A stretch of 64,000 bases of DNA from Basidiobolus meristosporus CBS 931.73 (Eukaryota; Fungi; Basidiobolomycota), in contig MCFE01000040.1 in assembly GCA_002104905.1 (NCBI GenBank), positions 1 through 64,000 of the forward strand. Direction: 5' to 3'. The position numbers and the translations under genes are program-made. The notes under the pieces were generated by a model. The model searched no databases and was not told where the DNA came from. It saw only the letters and a list, made by a program, of their open reading frames with translations. Position 1 is the first letter of the stretch. Every line of letters begins with the position of its first letter. Positions 1-12,114 of this stretch are shown piece by piece.

Positions 1-983
1 CTTCTCTAATACTTCCATGTTCAATTTTTCGTTTACAGACATATATGTAGTTGCTTAACTTAGATTAGTATTGCATCAGAAATAGAAACCTGCCATCCTT
101 CTTGTTACCTCTCCTTACATCATGCCTAGTGTGCGAATTCAGCAGAATATATATCGAACATGAGACAATGAAATCCTCAAGAGGATGTCCACAGTTCAGA
201 AATTTACTAAATTTGATGGTGATAAGGATATGCATGCCTGGACTATGGTTAAATAAAGCGTTTTAGCAATCCGCAAGCGCATCGCGAAGCCTCATGTACG
301 GCGAGTACCTCCACCCGACGTACATTGTGATTGATGGTCAGACCACTATCGGCTGAATATAGTAACCCTATTTTTGTTCATGTGATGGCGCATGAGGGGT
401 CGTTGACTTGTTGCGAATGGATCGCACCACAATGAATCCGAAAACCGCTCCACATAACTAAACATATCTCCATAGCACCGTATGAGGGGCATGTCGATGT
501 ACCCTGTGCTTGAGGAGATAGGGATGCTGGAGAGAGTAGTCAAATAGCTTTACGGTGCAGCCAATCGATCGCGAGGAACCAACTACCGTTAAAGAATGGG
601 CCACACCAATGATACCAATTCCAACAGATAAAAGTTAGCAGGATGTTCAGGTACATGCATGCATATCTACACTATTTGGCCGCTTGAGGCAACTCAATGT
701 AAGATTGAATGTAATTTGTCTTTGGACACCGTTTCCCTGTTGCAGTGGTTGCATTATCAACGGAGAATATACATTGTGTCCACGATTGTCGAGGACATAA
801 GTAACAAGATTGGATATCAACATGTAGAGCCTACGAAGCTACCTATAAAAGAATTCCTGCTGCTTCAGTTCTTGATATCAATTCCCAAATAGAAGTCCAT
901 CTAGGTTCTCCCGTGCCACCGCCGCGGTGCAAAGCCTTAGTCATATTGCCAACACCCAAGCTTTCTAAATTCCCAATATCCCC

Positions 984-1442
984 ATGATATCAACCATATA
1001 CCTCGCTTCTTTGATAGTGTACACTTCGATGGTGGTGAGTTTGTACGGGATGCCAATATTCTCTCCGGATCGCCAAGATGGCCTAGAGGCGTCTACTTTC
1101 AATGGGTTATTAAGAAACAGCCAATCCAGCTTCAACATAGTCAGTGCTTTACCCCATGTCATCATCCGTTCGACTTCCGGACCATCAGAAACACCCGAAA
1201 ACCTGGACTTTTTACAGAGAGGATGTGGACAGGAGGTATGCAAAGACGATTTCAATCAGGATTTTGCGTTCTATCACGAATATTCGGAATACCTGCTCTA
1301 CTCCGAACAGGAAACTCCCGTCGATGACAATAGCCCTGACGATGAAAGCGAGCTTTTTAACCCGTATCAAATCTACTATGGTCTTCGTGAGCCCAGCCAG
1401 GATATAGAAATTGGTGTTGACTGGTCGAAATTCTACAAATAG
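984..1442 (+). CDS. Orphan small secreted acidic protein (152 aa)
   Basis: Intronless ORF. Hydrophobic N-terminus (MISTIYLASLIVYTSMVVSLYG/MP) resembles a signal peptide, followed by a D/E/Y-rich mature region with a CxxxxC pair. No recognisable domain. Confidence 0.5.
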   Translation: MISTIYLASLIVYTSMVVSLYGMPIFSPDRQDGLEASTFNGLLRNSQSSFNIVSALPHVIIRSTSGPSETPENLDFLQRGCGQEVCKDDFNQDFAFYHEYSEYLLYSEQETPVDDNSPDDESELFNPYQIYYGLREPSQDIEIGVDWSKFYK

Positions 1443-2677
1443 AAGTATTATCCATTGTACAAATGTTTGGTTAGCAACGACAAGTAATCCCCTCACAATA
1501 TCCTTGTCCTGTAAAAAGCGATAGAGTTTGCGCTGCCATTTAGTTTGGGAGCCCAAAATCGTAGAATAAACTTGACGGTAAAGTGTTTTGCGGCAGGCCA
1601 GTAGGGACAATGTACGATAGTACTTGGATCAATGGAGGCTCTGCATCATAGATACAACTCCCTGAGATCGAGTATCCTAGATCCACAAAGGCTTTGCAGG
1701 GAGGAGCAATGTAACTAAATTCTGTTGCCGGACACAGGTGAAATGTAATACACACGCGCCACCAAATTAATGAAATCTAATGCCACAATCTAGACCTGTA
1801 AAGGTGGGGTGAAAATCACTAAATATAAGCTTAATGGATAATCACAGGCTTTCCTGAAGGGACATGGACAGAGCCCATAGCAAACAACAACCTTGGGGCC
1901 CAGATGGGGCCTTCATTCTCCTAATGCAGCTTATATGGACGTCATAGGTACTGCTACTGTACCAACACCTCCGAGCCATCTCTGTTGCCTACCAGAAACC
2001 CCCATTGACGCTGCTGGAACCAAGCCTGGTAATGGTTGGTAGCCCATGCAAACCGGATAACAATGCCGCAAAAATCCCCCAGCATTGGAAAACGCAACGG
2101 GCCAATGGTTGGGCAGGCGGAATTCTAATCGGACAAATTTGAATGACCAACTGTACTTCAGATGATCCAATGCATGCGCACTCTTTGTGTGCTGGTGTAA
2201 CCTGTAACTTAGAATCAGCACCTAAAGGTCCCTAACTTATTTGAGCGCAATCCGATTGAGCAAATCCCTATTCAACGTGGGTCATACAATTATCCGAATC
2301 GGCTGCTTGGGGTGAGAAAATTTCTCTGCGTGTCAAAATGATTGGTGTGACAGTAAACAATAGCAGATGCTGAACTGCGCAACAATTGATTCATATCTGT
2401 TGAAGCAACCAAACCCACTGGTTTATTAAAGGAGGCATTGTAGGTAGCACCTTGGTCTTACATAACATATGGATACATCGGAAGTTAGGGAGCTGTGGAT
2501 GTGACAGGCTCCCGATTAGTTAACACCGCCATCGAGCTGCTCCGACAAGGTGGGAAATAATTCTAACGATAATTAAGGCATGGAGTGTAGCTACACAGAA
2601 TTTTCCTCTAGATCATGTACAAAGTATGAAGTCCGTGTTAAGCTAATCAGCAACGAGACCCTTTCCATCGAAAGGGC

Positions 2678-4081
2678 TCAGGAGAGGCTTCGGATCAAGT
2701 TCTTGATAGAATCAATGGTGCCAATGACACAACTCAACCATCCAATAATCATGGTGATGGCGCATAGCACAAGATGATACCAACTAACGTTTCGCCATCC
2801 AAACAGCTTCAAATAGAACGCCACTGGGAACACGAAGATGATCTGGGTATTCATGAGGGCCCCGATGAGCGACATAAAATCACCAATGGCTGGAACAAAC
2901 ATGGACACCAGGCAGAAAATGACCATCAGCGCAAGGCGCAACAAGCATCGGAAAAAAAACTCCCGTCCCTTGCTCATGTGTTCTTGGTCGATATGGAGAT
3001 ATTTCTCGATATCAAGCGCAAATGCAATAAGAATGAGCGGTGAGGCGAACACGATGTGGAGCGTGATGGCCGTACGAGCAGCAATAATAATCCCATCCAT
3101 CTGGAATTTGTCGAGGACGGGGGAGATGGTGGATTGCCCATACGTCAGGTAGCTAAAAACACCGGCAGCCATGTACATCACTAGAGTGGTTAGCATGGCA
3201 AGAGAGAGAACTGTGGGCCATGCCTTCGGAGTCCGCATGGTTTTCTCAATAGATGGAAACACTGGACTACCACCAAACGACAAACTGACTGAAGCTAGAG
3301 TGATGGGCAGGCCAGAGGCAATAATGAACTTGTGATCTGTGTCGGGAGAGTCGGAGTATTTGCCTCGATTGATTAAGCTCATGACCACAATGACAACAAC
3401 AGTGAAGAGAGTGGAGAAAGCACCGAAAATGCTAAATTCAACGGAAGACGAGTCATTACACTGCTGAAAACAAGCATGCATAAAAGAGAAACATACGCAA
3501 GAAGGTGCACCTCCTTCATCGTCTTGAACAAGACAAATGGGATACATATGATAGAGGCGGAAATAATGGTCCATATTTTCAGGTTGATATCAGCGCCAGC
3601 GTAGTCGATCAAGTATTTCAGGTTTGTTGAGATCAACATGATAAAAATACACCCAACACCAAAGTAGAACCAAAGTTGAAATCCCTGAACAACATAGTAT
3701 CCAAGCTTGCCGAATGCCGCCTCCCCAACTGCACTGTAGCCACTCAATCGCTTGGTTTTGTCATGATACAGACAGAGGATAAGAAGATGGCCGGTGTAGA
3801 TGCATAACAAGCAGCAGATCAAAGTAATGATGCTTGCAAACCAGCCGCTCTGTGTAAAGGTATAGCCCATTTGAAGCACGCCAGTTCCAGCAATGACACA
3901 TCTGTGGAGGGAAAACGTCAGCCATGGTGTAAACATGGTTTTGGGGAGGAACGGTTGCTTACACAATATTGAAGTAAGCGGAGAAGTTGGAGGCTTGCCC
4001 ATCTTCGTGATTGGTTTCATCCAACTCCACCATGTGGTTGGAGTTCTGCAACTTTCCATCAGCTCCCTGTTTTTCAGCCAT
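2678..4081 (-). CDS. Transmembrane amino acid transporter (Aa_trans / AVT1-like), 3 exons
   Basis: Spliced: 4081-3963 (MAEKQ...ASNFSAYFNIV), intron 3962-3902, 3901-3497 (CVIAGTGVLQMGYTF...), intron 3496-3432, 3431-2678. Motifs GTGVL, SFGGSPVFPSIEKTM and VFPVAFYLKL plus about 10-11 hydrophobic segments are typical of the family. Confidence 0.92.
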
Positions 4082-6566
4082 AGAAGACATTCAGATCAAC
4101 AAAATGGATTACGCCCGATGCAGTTTGATTTGGCCAGGTGGCCGCACTTTTATACGTTTCGTGCGGACGATGCCAAGCTGATTGGCTCGGCTGAAAAGGT
4201 CAGAAAGACTAAATGAAAACTGGCAGCTCAGAGACCAGAAATGGAAAGGAACGAAATTGTCGATGCGTAGCAAATGTATTGGCAGGCTTTATTTGATGTA
4301 TTACTTGCGTGTCTCCGATCAAAACGGGCAACTTGCACACTTTAATGTATAGTAACGATGCTCACTAGTTGGGGAGTAACTTACCAATGATCGTCCCGCG
4401 TTGATGTAGGGATGGTAACATCCAGTCGAGGCTAACCTATCCACTTGATTGATTGATCAAGATTTGTGCTTGCCAGCTCTCTGAAACATACATAACAGGG
4501 AACCTGATCCGCTTGCTAATTGTGTACCGGCCATTAGTAGGTCTACGTACCATTTAGCTTCATAGACATACATCCCCCATATCACAAGATCGTTGTGAAG
4601 CAGAGTATCACACGCGTGTAACTACCAAGTCAACATCGCCAGCAAGAGCCCTGCTGAAAATTGCTAAATTTACTCTGATGTCATAATCAGTACATCGCAG
4701 AGTCCACTTGGAAACTGAAAACCAGGAAAAATTTACAATTTTCCTCTTTGGCCTTTGGTGCTCGCATGCCAACGAATGGTTTATGGGTCATCATTGCTCA
4801 TTTATATAGGCTAATAGGCGATTGGGTGCCTCCAAAGTGTAACTGGTGTGTGTCTACGAGTTGATCGGTGGAAATCACCTTAGCCATGTATGGTACGCCA
4901 TTTGAGTATCCGGAGATGCGCTGTGTTGATGACGACGTACCCAAGTCCATGGTAGAGACATACCTCTGGTGTAATCATTTACCAAACAGCTGTGGGAAGC
5001 TCCAAGTGACAATGAAACAAGACTGCACCATCAGTTTCATGCCAACTGGATGGCCAATTCTCTCCGACAATGAGCTAGATGGATGTTATATGTATGTTTC
5101 TTACTAGGTTTCTACCAATTCCCTTGGCTTATCCCTTTGCTCTCAAACAGTCTCTCGGCCCGAAAGGATGATTGATCTACATTTCTAGATGGGTGATAAT
5201 CTCGTTGCTCCCGTTTAGTTCAGGCATCCAAGCACCTCCTGGATATTCCCTAGTTTGACTATATGAGCCTCCAACGAGTTAGACACCCAGTATTTGTCGT
5301 AGATTTCCCCTCCCATCTAGTGTTGTGCGAGGACCTATGATCCATCAAGCATATCGATATTATTGAAAATTCTTTTCAGTCATTCTACCATCAAATTAGT
5401 TGGTAATGCCATCAGCCCACAAAGTAACTACGGGTAGGGGCGGTCAACTAGAATTTACCCGTAGACTCAAGTGGTTCTCCTGACCTTAAACCAACTATAT
5501 AGTCCTCTACCATGTGGAAGCCAAACAGAATAAGGCTGTGAAATGCGATTTGTTAAATGGTTAGAATCAGGTGAGTATCCCTCCAAAATAGATGCCAAGA
5601 GGGCTCTACCCTAAAAGTCGCCGCATATTGGTTGATCCAATTACTGGACCGCATACCGGGCAATCATGGAATCCTCCACACTCATGTCAAGTAATAGGTG
5701 CACAATGCAATCTTTTGTTACTTGGTCAGCAAGCTTGACAGGGAACTTTGCAGAGAGGATTGTTCATGGGTGCGCTAGTGCTTGTGGAGTTGAGCTGGAA
5801 TATTCGTAAGATTGATGAGACTGATGATTGATTGATAATCGTATGGAAAACATTTACATACCAAGTCACACATCAACTTACCCTATACAAGAAATCATGA
5901 GTTATGTTTTGGATCTTGATTTAGAACCAGATCATTTATCTACCATAAACTGTAATATGAAGCTACTCCCATGTCCAAAACGCAGTTTGCAGTAGGATGA
6001 TGAGGTGAGGAGATACATTTGTATGTAGATGATTAGAGGGATGTAGCTGCTTTGATGCCTTGGTTGGCATGCCTGGCTAGAAGATGGGCAATGTAGTGTT
6101 TTGCACACTAACTCCATGATACCTTCAGATATCTGAAAATCCACTTACTACTGTGGTATGTGCTGCAATTATTTGGAGATCGCTGATCTGCAATCAGCCA
6201 GTTTGACACCGAAATTACTCACATGGTGTTGGCTCCTACTCGACAAATCACCTGAATGCTGAGTACTGACATCGCTGGCTTGGTGGAAAATTAACCTCTA
6301 CCCAAAGCATAGATCCCTTACTTGTACATGAGAGATCAAACTTGGTAAAAAACTCCGGCTGATTTGGTGAGGCAAGTGATATGAAACCAAATTGCGGTGG
6401 GGACTTATGGAGACACTCACAGAGCCTGACAAACATTTCAGTTCCGATTCATGTTTCAGTTCAGCTAATGCCATCAAATATGCACCATATGGTGACTACA
6501 GTAATGGTTGTTTGCATGTTGCATATATTGAACTGTTGTATTAACACCTAAGAGCTCACATTGACC

Positions 6567-6915
6567 TGTTGAAAAATATTCAGTTTACACCTAAACCATT
6601 CATATAACATAAGATTCTACTTGGCGTATTGCTCAGTTATGAATTACTTACTTTAGATCTAGTTTGTAAGATATTGATTAATTCTTGGAATCAGTGAAGG
6701 CCTGGAAGTTATCGATATCTTCAGCTTGTCCAACAGCCCCCATATTTTGCACACAGCTTTCTGGGATCTTCCTTACAGCATTGTTGGCACTATTCTCTTA
6801 GTATTCCCCTTAACACATAAATGCTCTTTCTGAACTCAATAAATCAGTATATGAATATCATCCATTCCTTCTGGCTCTCCAAATTACTTCCAGCACTTCC
6901 CTGATTCTAGCAACA
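6567..6915 (+). mobile_element. Old solo LTR of the 349-bp copia LTR family
   Basis: TGTTG...CAACA termini, 349 bp. Internal blocks (CAGCCCC...TTTTGCACACA...GGGA.CTTCCTTA) are shared with the young LTRs. Flanks TGACC/TAACC form a 5-bp TSD with one mismatch. Confidence 0.75.
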
Positions 6916-7181
6916 TAACCAAGTCCCTTGAACCTGGTGAATTAACTTTATAATTAACATGTTTGGATGTATTAGTGGTGTTTGGTAGCACTAGTGAAGT
7001 GGAAATCAAAAGTGATTAAAGTAGTGCCTGGTAAAGAGCTTGAGCAGGAAATAGTAAACCCATCTACCATGATTGAAGTGATAAAGCTATTGTACCTATA
7101 TCCATAGATTTGCAGGGCTAAATATATCATTAGTGCATAAACTTGAGCAACTTATGCTTCTATTGATTCCATCTGATCATG

Positions 7182-7498
7182 CCCCAAGAAATTAATTGAG
7201 CAAAAGGCCAGCAGTCTAGCTTCATGACATTGGCTGAATTCCAAGTTTTCATGAACTTGCAACTCCCACTATGTCAAGTATCATATATTTGGCAGACAAG
7301 CAGACATTTCCAGGAGGAGACTAGGGTCATTAGCATTCATGCCAAATATGGTAATAAACTAATCACAAGTTTCACAAAATGTTGCAGTAAAAATTTTCAA
7401 AGAAAATACTGGCAGAATTCTAGCAACATATCATTGGAATACCATTGGAATATTTGAGGATTATCACATGAATTCCATGTATGGGATCTCTCATAGGG
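7182..7498 (+). repeat. ~310-bp MITE-like repeat, copy A
   Basis: Starts CCCCAAGAAA and ends TCTCATAGGG. Shares AAAAGGCCAGCAG, GCTGAATTCCA, CAGACAAGCAGAC and TTTCCAGGAGGAGACTAG blocks with copies at 7845, 8561 and 18469. Confidence 0.6.
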
Positions 7499-7844
7499 AT
7501 CCAAAAGAATGAACTCACTGAATATTCCTTTGATGTTCCTCCTGGAAATACCTCTGTAGTAAGGAGTTTTGATTGTTGTTATATACTCTTAGCATCTGAA
7601 TATGACTATTAAGTATGTTCTAATGCCTTCCCTACATTGTGTTTTAGTTTTGAAGCATCAAATTAACAATGTAGTATGAATATAACTTCAGAGTCAGCAA
7701 GGTAGCAATGGGGATGATGCTACAGGATACAGGCCTCTAGTATGCTGCCATGAACAACAAATTCCCTCTTGTTGGTGAAATAGATGAAGCCCTAGAGTAT
7801 TAAGATAAAGCATCATTTTCTTAACTATACTTGCCTCAGTATTA

Positions 7845-8158
7845 ATCAGAAACAAAATTGACAAAAGGCCAGCAGAGCACTATTAAAATATTTGCTGAGT
7901 TCCAGATTATCTATACTGACAGCACTGAGTAATTGGAGTACCAGCTAATTATCTAGCACACAGATAGAGTTCCCAGGAGACTGGGCATACTAACATATAT
8001 ATATACTTTGGTTATTGACTCATAACTTTGTCCATCAGCAACTGTAACCAAATATTTCATGGAGAATTACTAGCTAAATGCTAGCAAAATACAATGGTAT
8101 TACCATGAGAATTTGGCAGGCTATCAGATGAACACCAAGGCTGAGATTCTTCATAGAG
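7845..8158 (+). repeat. ~310-bp MITE-like repeat, copy B (degenerate)
   Basis: Contains AAAAGGCCAGCAG, GCTGAGTTCCA, TTCCCAGGAGACT and TCAGATGAA, and ends TTCATAGAG like copy E. Left boundary approximate. Confidence 0.5.
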
Positions 8159-8159
8159 T

Positions 8160-8360
8160 ATCAGCAACAGTGTGTTGACTCAATAATGAAGAGCCAAACT
8201 GGCCTAGAAACTCTGGATGGCATTTAGACTAGATGCTAAGGATGTGTATTTAAGATGAAAATATCATACTGCAAAGTGGCTCCAATGTATACAGATGAAA
8301 CATTCATCATATTTGCCCTATTTGTTGACAAGATCAAACTGTGCAAGTGCATGCTATTGC
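8160..8360 (+). pseudogene. Very old copia reverse-transcriptase remnant
   Basis: ATCATATTTGCCCTATTTGTTGACAAGATC reads IIFALFVDKI, matching the VLLALYVDDL RT motif of the young copies. The rest is heavily decayed. Confidence 0.4.
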
Positions 8361-8377
8361 TAGAGATGTGATGTTTC

Positions 8378-8545
8378 CCTCATGAATAGCCCAGCAGCCA
8401 TAGTGTGGGACTTGTATCAGCTGCCAATTTACCACTGAGGATCTAACTTCAAGTTGCCATGAAATATCTTCAACTTAGATTTCATCTGACAGTCTGTCAG
8501 TATTCTGCTGGTACTCTAGTAGTAATTGCTGGTATTCAACTGGGG
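8378..8545 (-). repeat. MITE-like repeat, partial inverted copy C
   Basis: CCCTCATGAA terminus at 8378. The reverse complement contains TACCAGCAGAATACTG...TCAGATGAA, matching 18708-18742 of copy E. Confidence 0.45.
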
Positions 8546-8560
8546 CTAACTCCTCAGATA

Positions 8561-8810
8561 CCCTGAGAAAAAAACAGAGAAAAGTCCAGTAGAATACCAT
8601 TATAACATCAGCTGAATTCCAAGTTTTCAAACTTAATAACTCTCAATATCTTGAGTAATGGCTAATGGGCAGTCATGCAGACATGTTTCCCAGGAGGAGA
8701 CTAGACCAACCAGCATTTGTACTAAGTTTGGTAATTGGTAGCTCATTACTTCTACCAAAAATCATGGCCAAAAATATGAAGGAAAATACCAGCTGAGAAT
8801 CTGTGGACTC
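8561..8810 (+). repeat. MITE-like repeat, copy D (3' part lost)
   Basis: Starts CCCTGAGAAAAAAA. Contains AAAAGTCCAGTAG, GCTGAATTCCAAG and TTTCCCAGGAGGAGACTAG, and ends where the copia RT fragment begins. Confidence 0.55.
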
Positions 8811-8815
8811 CACAA

Positions 8816-10376
8816 TTGATATTATTCATTAAGGTATTTGATTGCAACTTTTGGGGTAAGGAGCATGAAAATTGGGCCTGCAAGCATAAAAAATCTCTAT
8901 ATGGTCTCAAACAATCACTGAGAGCCTGGAATTGCAAAATAGATTCTTATTTGGAGTCTTTCATTTTCAATAGGAGTAATGCTGACTATAGTATATACTA
9001 TATGCCAAATAGAGCAAATCCAGTTCTATTAGCTCTATATGCGGATGATCTTATTATAGCCACCAATAACCTAGAAACATTGGAACAGACTAAATCTAGT
9101 CTATCTAAAGAATTCAAGATGTTCAGTCTAGAAGAACTCAGTTACTACTTAGGGATTAAGTTCTCCATAGACAGAAGTACCCAGACTATCACCCTAAGCC
9201 AATCCAAGTATATTCAAGATATACTAAAGAAGTACCAAATGGAAGACTGTAAACTGGCAGCTACCCCAATGGAGACAAACCTTAACTTGGTCAAAACTCA
9301 ACCAAATCAAGAGAGCTTGGTACCATCCAAAAGCCCTGATTTCCCTTATCAATTATATGGTCAGCAGTCTGATGTATATCATGCTTGGAACATGTTCAGA
9401 TATCTTATATTCAGTGGGAGTTGTCAGCCAGCATATTCAGAACTATGGATCTGAAAACATTGCAGCAGTTAAGTGGATTTTTAGATACCTAAAAGGACCT
9501 GCTGATATCTGCTTAAGATACACATATAAGGATTCAGAACAGGATCTTGTGGGATACTCTGATGCTGATTGGGGACAAAATTTGGAAGACAGAAGAACCA
9601 CCAAAGGATACACCTTTCTTTACTGTCAAGGAGCAATTTCATGGAATTCAAGAAAGCAACCAACCTTAGCACTTTCTACTGAGGAGGCAGAGTATATGGC
9701 AGCCTATGAAGCTACAAAAGAAGTAATGTGGTTAAGAAAGCTTTTTACAGATTTAGACCTATGTCAAAAACACCTATTACTTTATTACAAGATAATCAAG
9801 GATATAAAATTAGGTAAAAATCCAACTTTTCATGCTAAAGCTAAGCACATAGATATTAGACATCATTTCATATGTGAAGCTATAGAGAAGAACTTTGTTA
9901 GCTTAGTTTATTGTCCTTCAGATGAAATGAATGCAGACATATTCACCAAACCATTATCTAGAGACAAGTTTGAATATCTTAGGTCAAAATTAGGACTAGT
10001 CAGTATGAACATTTAGCTGAGTAGGAGTGTTGTCAAAGTACATAAGTCCACCTAAATATTCACCTAACTTAGTCACTTAGATCATTACCCTCAAATCCTA
10101 GAGAATACTGACTAAAATCCTTGTCAGGATTTACTTAGAATAATTTCACCAAAATACCAGGTGCCCAGAACATGAAAATTCTCAAAGTTGTCCAAACAGC
10201 CCCAAACTTTGCACACATGTTCTTGGGACCTTCCTTAACCTATTCTACGTGTTTGTAATGCCAAGACCAGGTAAAAGTATAAATACTACTTTTACATTCA
10301 ATAAATCATTAAGTGAAAACCAGATAATCTACTTGTTCTCCCAATCACTTCCAATATCTCCAAGACTCTTACAACA
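8816..10376 (+). mobile_element. 5'-truncated Ty1/copia element: RT + RNase H + PPT + 3' LTR (frameshifted)
   Basis: ORFs 8816-9454 (KKSLYGLKQS, LYADD) and 9357-10016 (GYSDADW, STEEAEY, KHIDIRHHF, DIFTKPL) are copia RT and RNase H. PPT-like CTGAGTAGGAG precedes the LTR at 10028. Confidence 0.92.
10028..10376 (+). repeat. 349-bp LTR (3' LTR of the truncated element)
   Basis: TGTTGTCAAAG...CTTACAACA. Closely similar to the reverse complement of the LTRs at 11366, 11757 and 16796. Contains TATAAATA. Confidence 0.92.
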
Positions 10377-10950
10377 AGAACCAGTGAAGGCCCAGAAGTA
10401 ATAATACTTTTAAGCTTGCTCAGAAGCCCCAAACTGTACACATGAATTTCTGGGATCTTCCCCGCAGCATTCTATTGTCAGCTTTACAAAGTTTCCCTGG
10501 CAGCATATATACATTTTTTGTGCTCAGTAAAACAAGTCAATATTGTTGTACAAGTCTTGGAAATTTTGGAATTGATTGAGAGAACAAGTAGACTATATGG
10601 TTTTCACTTGGTTATAACTTGAATGTAAGAGTAGTATTAATACTTTCTCATGATTCTGGCAAGACAAATGCATAAACTATATTTAGAAAGGTCATTAGGA
10701 GATTTGTGAGAAGCTTGGGGTTGCTTTGACAACAAACAAATAGCTCAAGCTTGGGTACATCATATTTTGGTGACAATGTTCCAAGCAAATCCCCACATGG
10801 AATTTGGGCTGAATTCCTTAAGATTTGTAGAGAGTAATCCAAGTCTTCCAGTTAGGTATATATTTAGGTGTCTTTACAAAATTTACAACAAATACTATGC
10901 AATTCTTGCAGTTCTTGAAGTCACTGGCAATACTTCTTAGAGTTCCATAC
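10377..10950 (+). repeat. Fragment of a much older LTR, split by the solo LTR at 10544-10890
   Basis: CCAGTGAAGGCCCAGAAG...GCCCCAAACT...CTGGGATCTTCC matches the old LTR at 6690-6780. A decayed LTR 3' end (GTCACTGGCAATACTTC...CATACA) resumes after 10895. Confidence 0.5.
10544..10890 (-). mobile_element. Old solo LTR of the same family (347 bp)
   Basis: TGTTGTACAAGTCTTGG...TTTACAACA, colinear with the young LTRs. Flanks AATAT/AATAC form a 5-bp TSD with one mismatch. Confidence 0.8.
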
Positions 10951-11049
10951 ATTAAGTAGGTCTACTGAGATCTATGTGAATTATATCTAATATGCTCTGG
11001 GGTTACACTAGACAAAACTTTTGAGCAACTATGTGGCTTGTTCACCAAA

Positions 11050-11365
11050 CATTAAGGCTTTGCAAGGTTTCAAGCAAGTTGGGGGATCAAAATTTACCCC
11101 CATTCTTATCTAACTTCTGCTCATTTTGTTTACATAGCTAATACTGATATGACCAAGCCTCTGTCACCAAAGCTTTGGTATTTTTTTGTTAAAGATACTT
11201 ATATTTGCTTCCAAATTCTGTATGATATAAGCCTTCCAATTTAGACTCTGACCTCTGTAACTCTAGGCAATATGGGTAATCTGTTTATAAGTGATCAAGC
11301 ATCCAGAATTGTTGAAATTGGAGCTGAGTCCTTGCAGCATGGTCTTGATTACTTATGATTGGCTA
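11050..11365 (-). pseudogene. Old copia protease/pre-integrase remnant
   Basis: Colinear similarity with 14706-15020 of the young element. Examples: GCATCCAGAATTGT is shared, TTGCTTCCAAAT vs TTGGCTTCCAAAT, TGGGGGATCAA is shared. Confidence 0.65.
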
Positions 11366-11714
11366 TGTTGTAAGAGTCTTGGAGATATTGGAAGTGATTG
11401 GGAGAACAAGTAGATTATGTGGCTTTTGCTTAATGATTTATTGAAAGTATAAGTAATATTAATACTTTTACATGATATTGGCTTGCAAAGCAGGTAGAAT
11501 AGGTTAAGGAAGGTCCCAAGAAAATGTGTGCAAAGTTTTGGGCTGTTTGGACAACTTTGAGAATTTTCATGTTCTGGGCACCTGGTGTTTTGGTGAAATT
11601 ATTCTAAGTAAATCCTGACAAGGATTTTGGTTGGTATTCTCTAGGATTTGAAGGTAATGATCTAAGTGACCAAGTTAGGTGAGTATTTAGGTGGACTTAT
11701 GTACTTTAACAACA
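11366..11714 (-). repeat. 349-bp LTR preceded (in element sense) by only 42 bp of pol end and PPT
   Basis: TGTTGTAAGAG...TTTAACAACA. 11715-11756 duplicates the pol end of the neighbouring element (CTCAGCTAAATGTTCATACTGACTAGTCCTAAT). Confidence 0.92.
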
Positions 11715-11756
11715 CTGCTACTCAGCTAAATGTTCATACTGACTAGTCCTAATATT

Positions 11757-12105
11757 TGTTGTAAGAGTCTTGGAGATATTGGAAGTGATTTGGAGAACAA
11801 GTAGATTATGTGGTTTTCACTTAATGATTTATTGAATGTAAAAGTAGTATTTATACTTCTACCTGGTCTTGGCATTACAAACATGTAGAATAGGTTAAGG
11901 AAGGTCCCAAGAACATGTGTGCAAAGTTTGGGGCTGTTTGGACAACTTTGAGAATTTTCATGCTCTGGGTACCTGGCATTTTGGTGAAAATATTCTAAGT
12001 AAATCCCAACAAGGAATTTGGTCAGTATTCTCTAGGATTTGAGGGTAATGATCTAAGTGACTAAGTTAGGTGAGTATTTAGGTGGAAATACAAATTTTTA
12101 CAACG
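11757..12105 (-). repeat. 3' LTR of the full-length copia element
   Basis: 349 bp, one terminal base mutated (CAACG on + strand), adjacent to the PPT. Confidence 0.93.
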
Positions 12106-12114
12106 CTCCCACTC
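12106..12114 (-). promoter_or_regulatory. Polypurine tract (plus-strand primer)
   Basis: GAGTGGGAG on the minus strand, directly before the 3' LTR and just after the pol stop codon. Confidence 0.75.

Noticed and set aside
4250-6440. Possible transposon remnant or gene between the transporter and the LTR nest
   Set aside because: Short ORFs carry no recognisable motif, and I found no termini or repeats.
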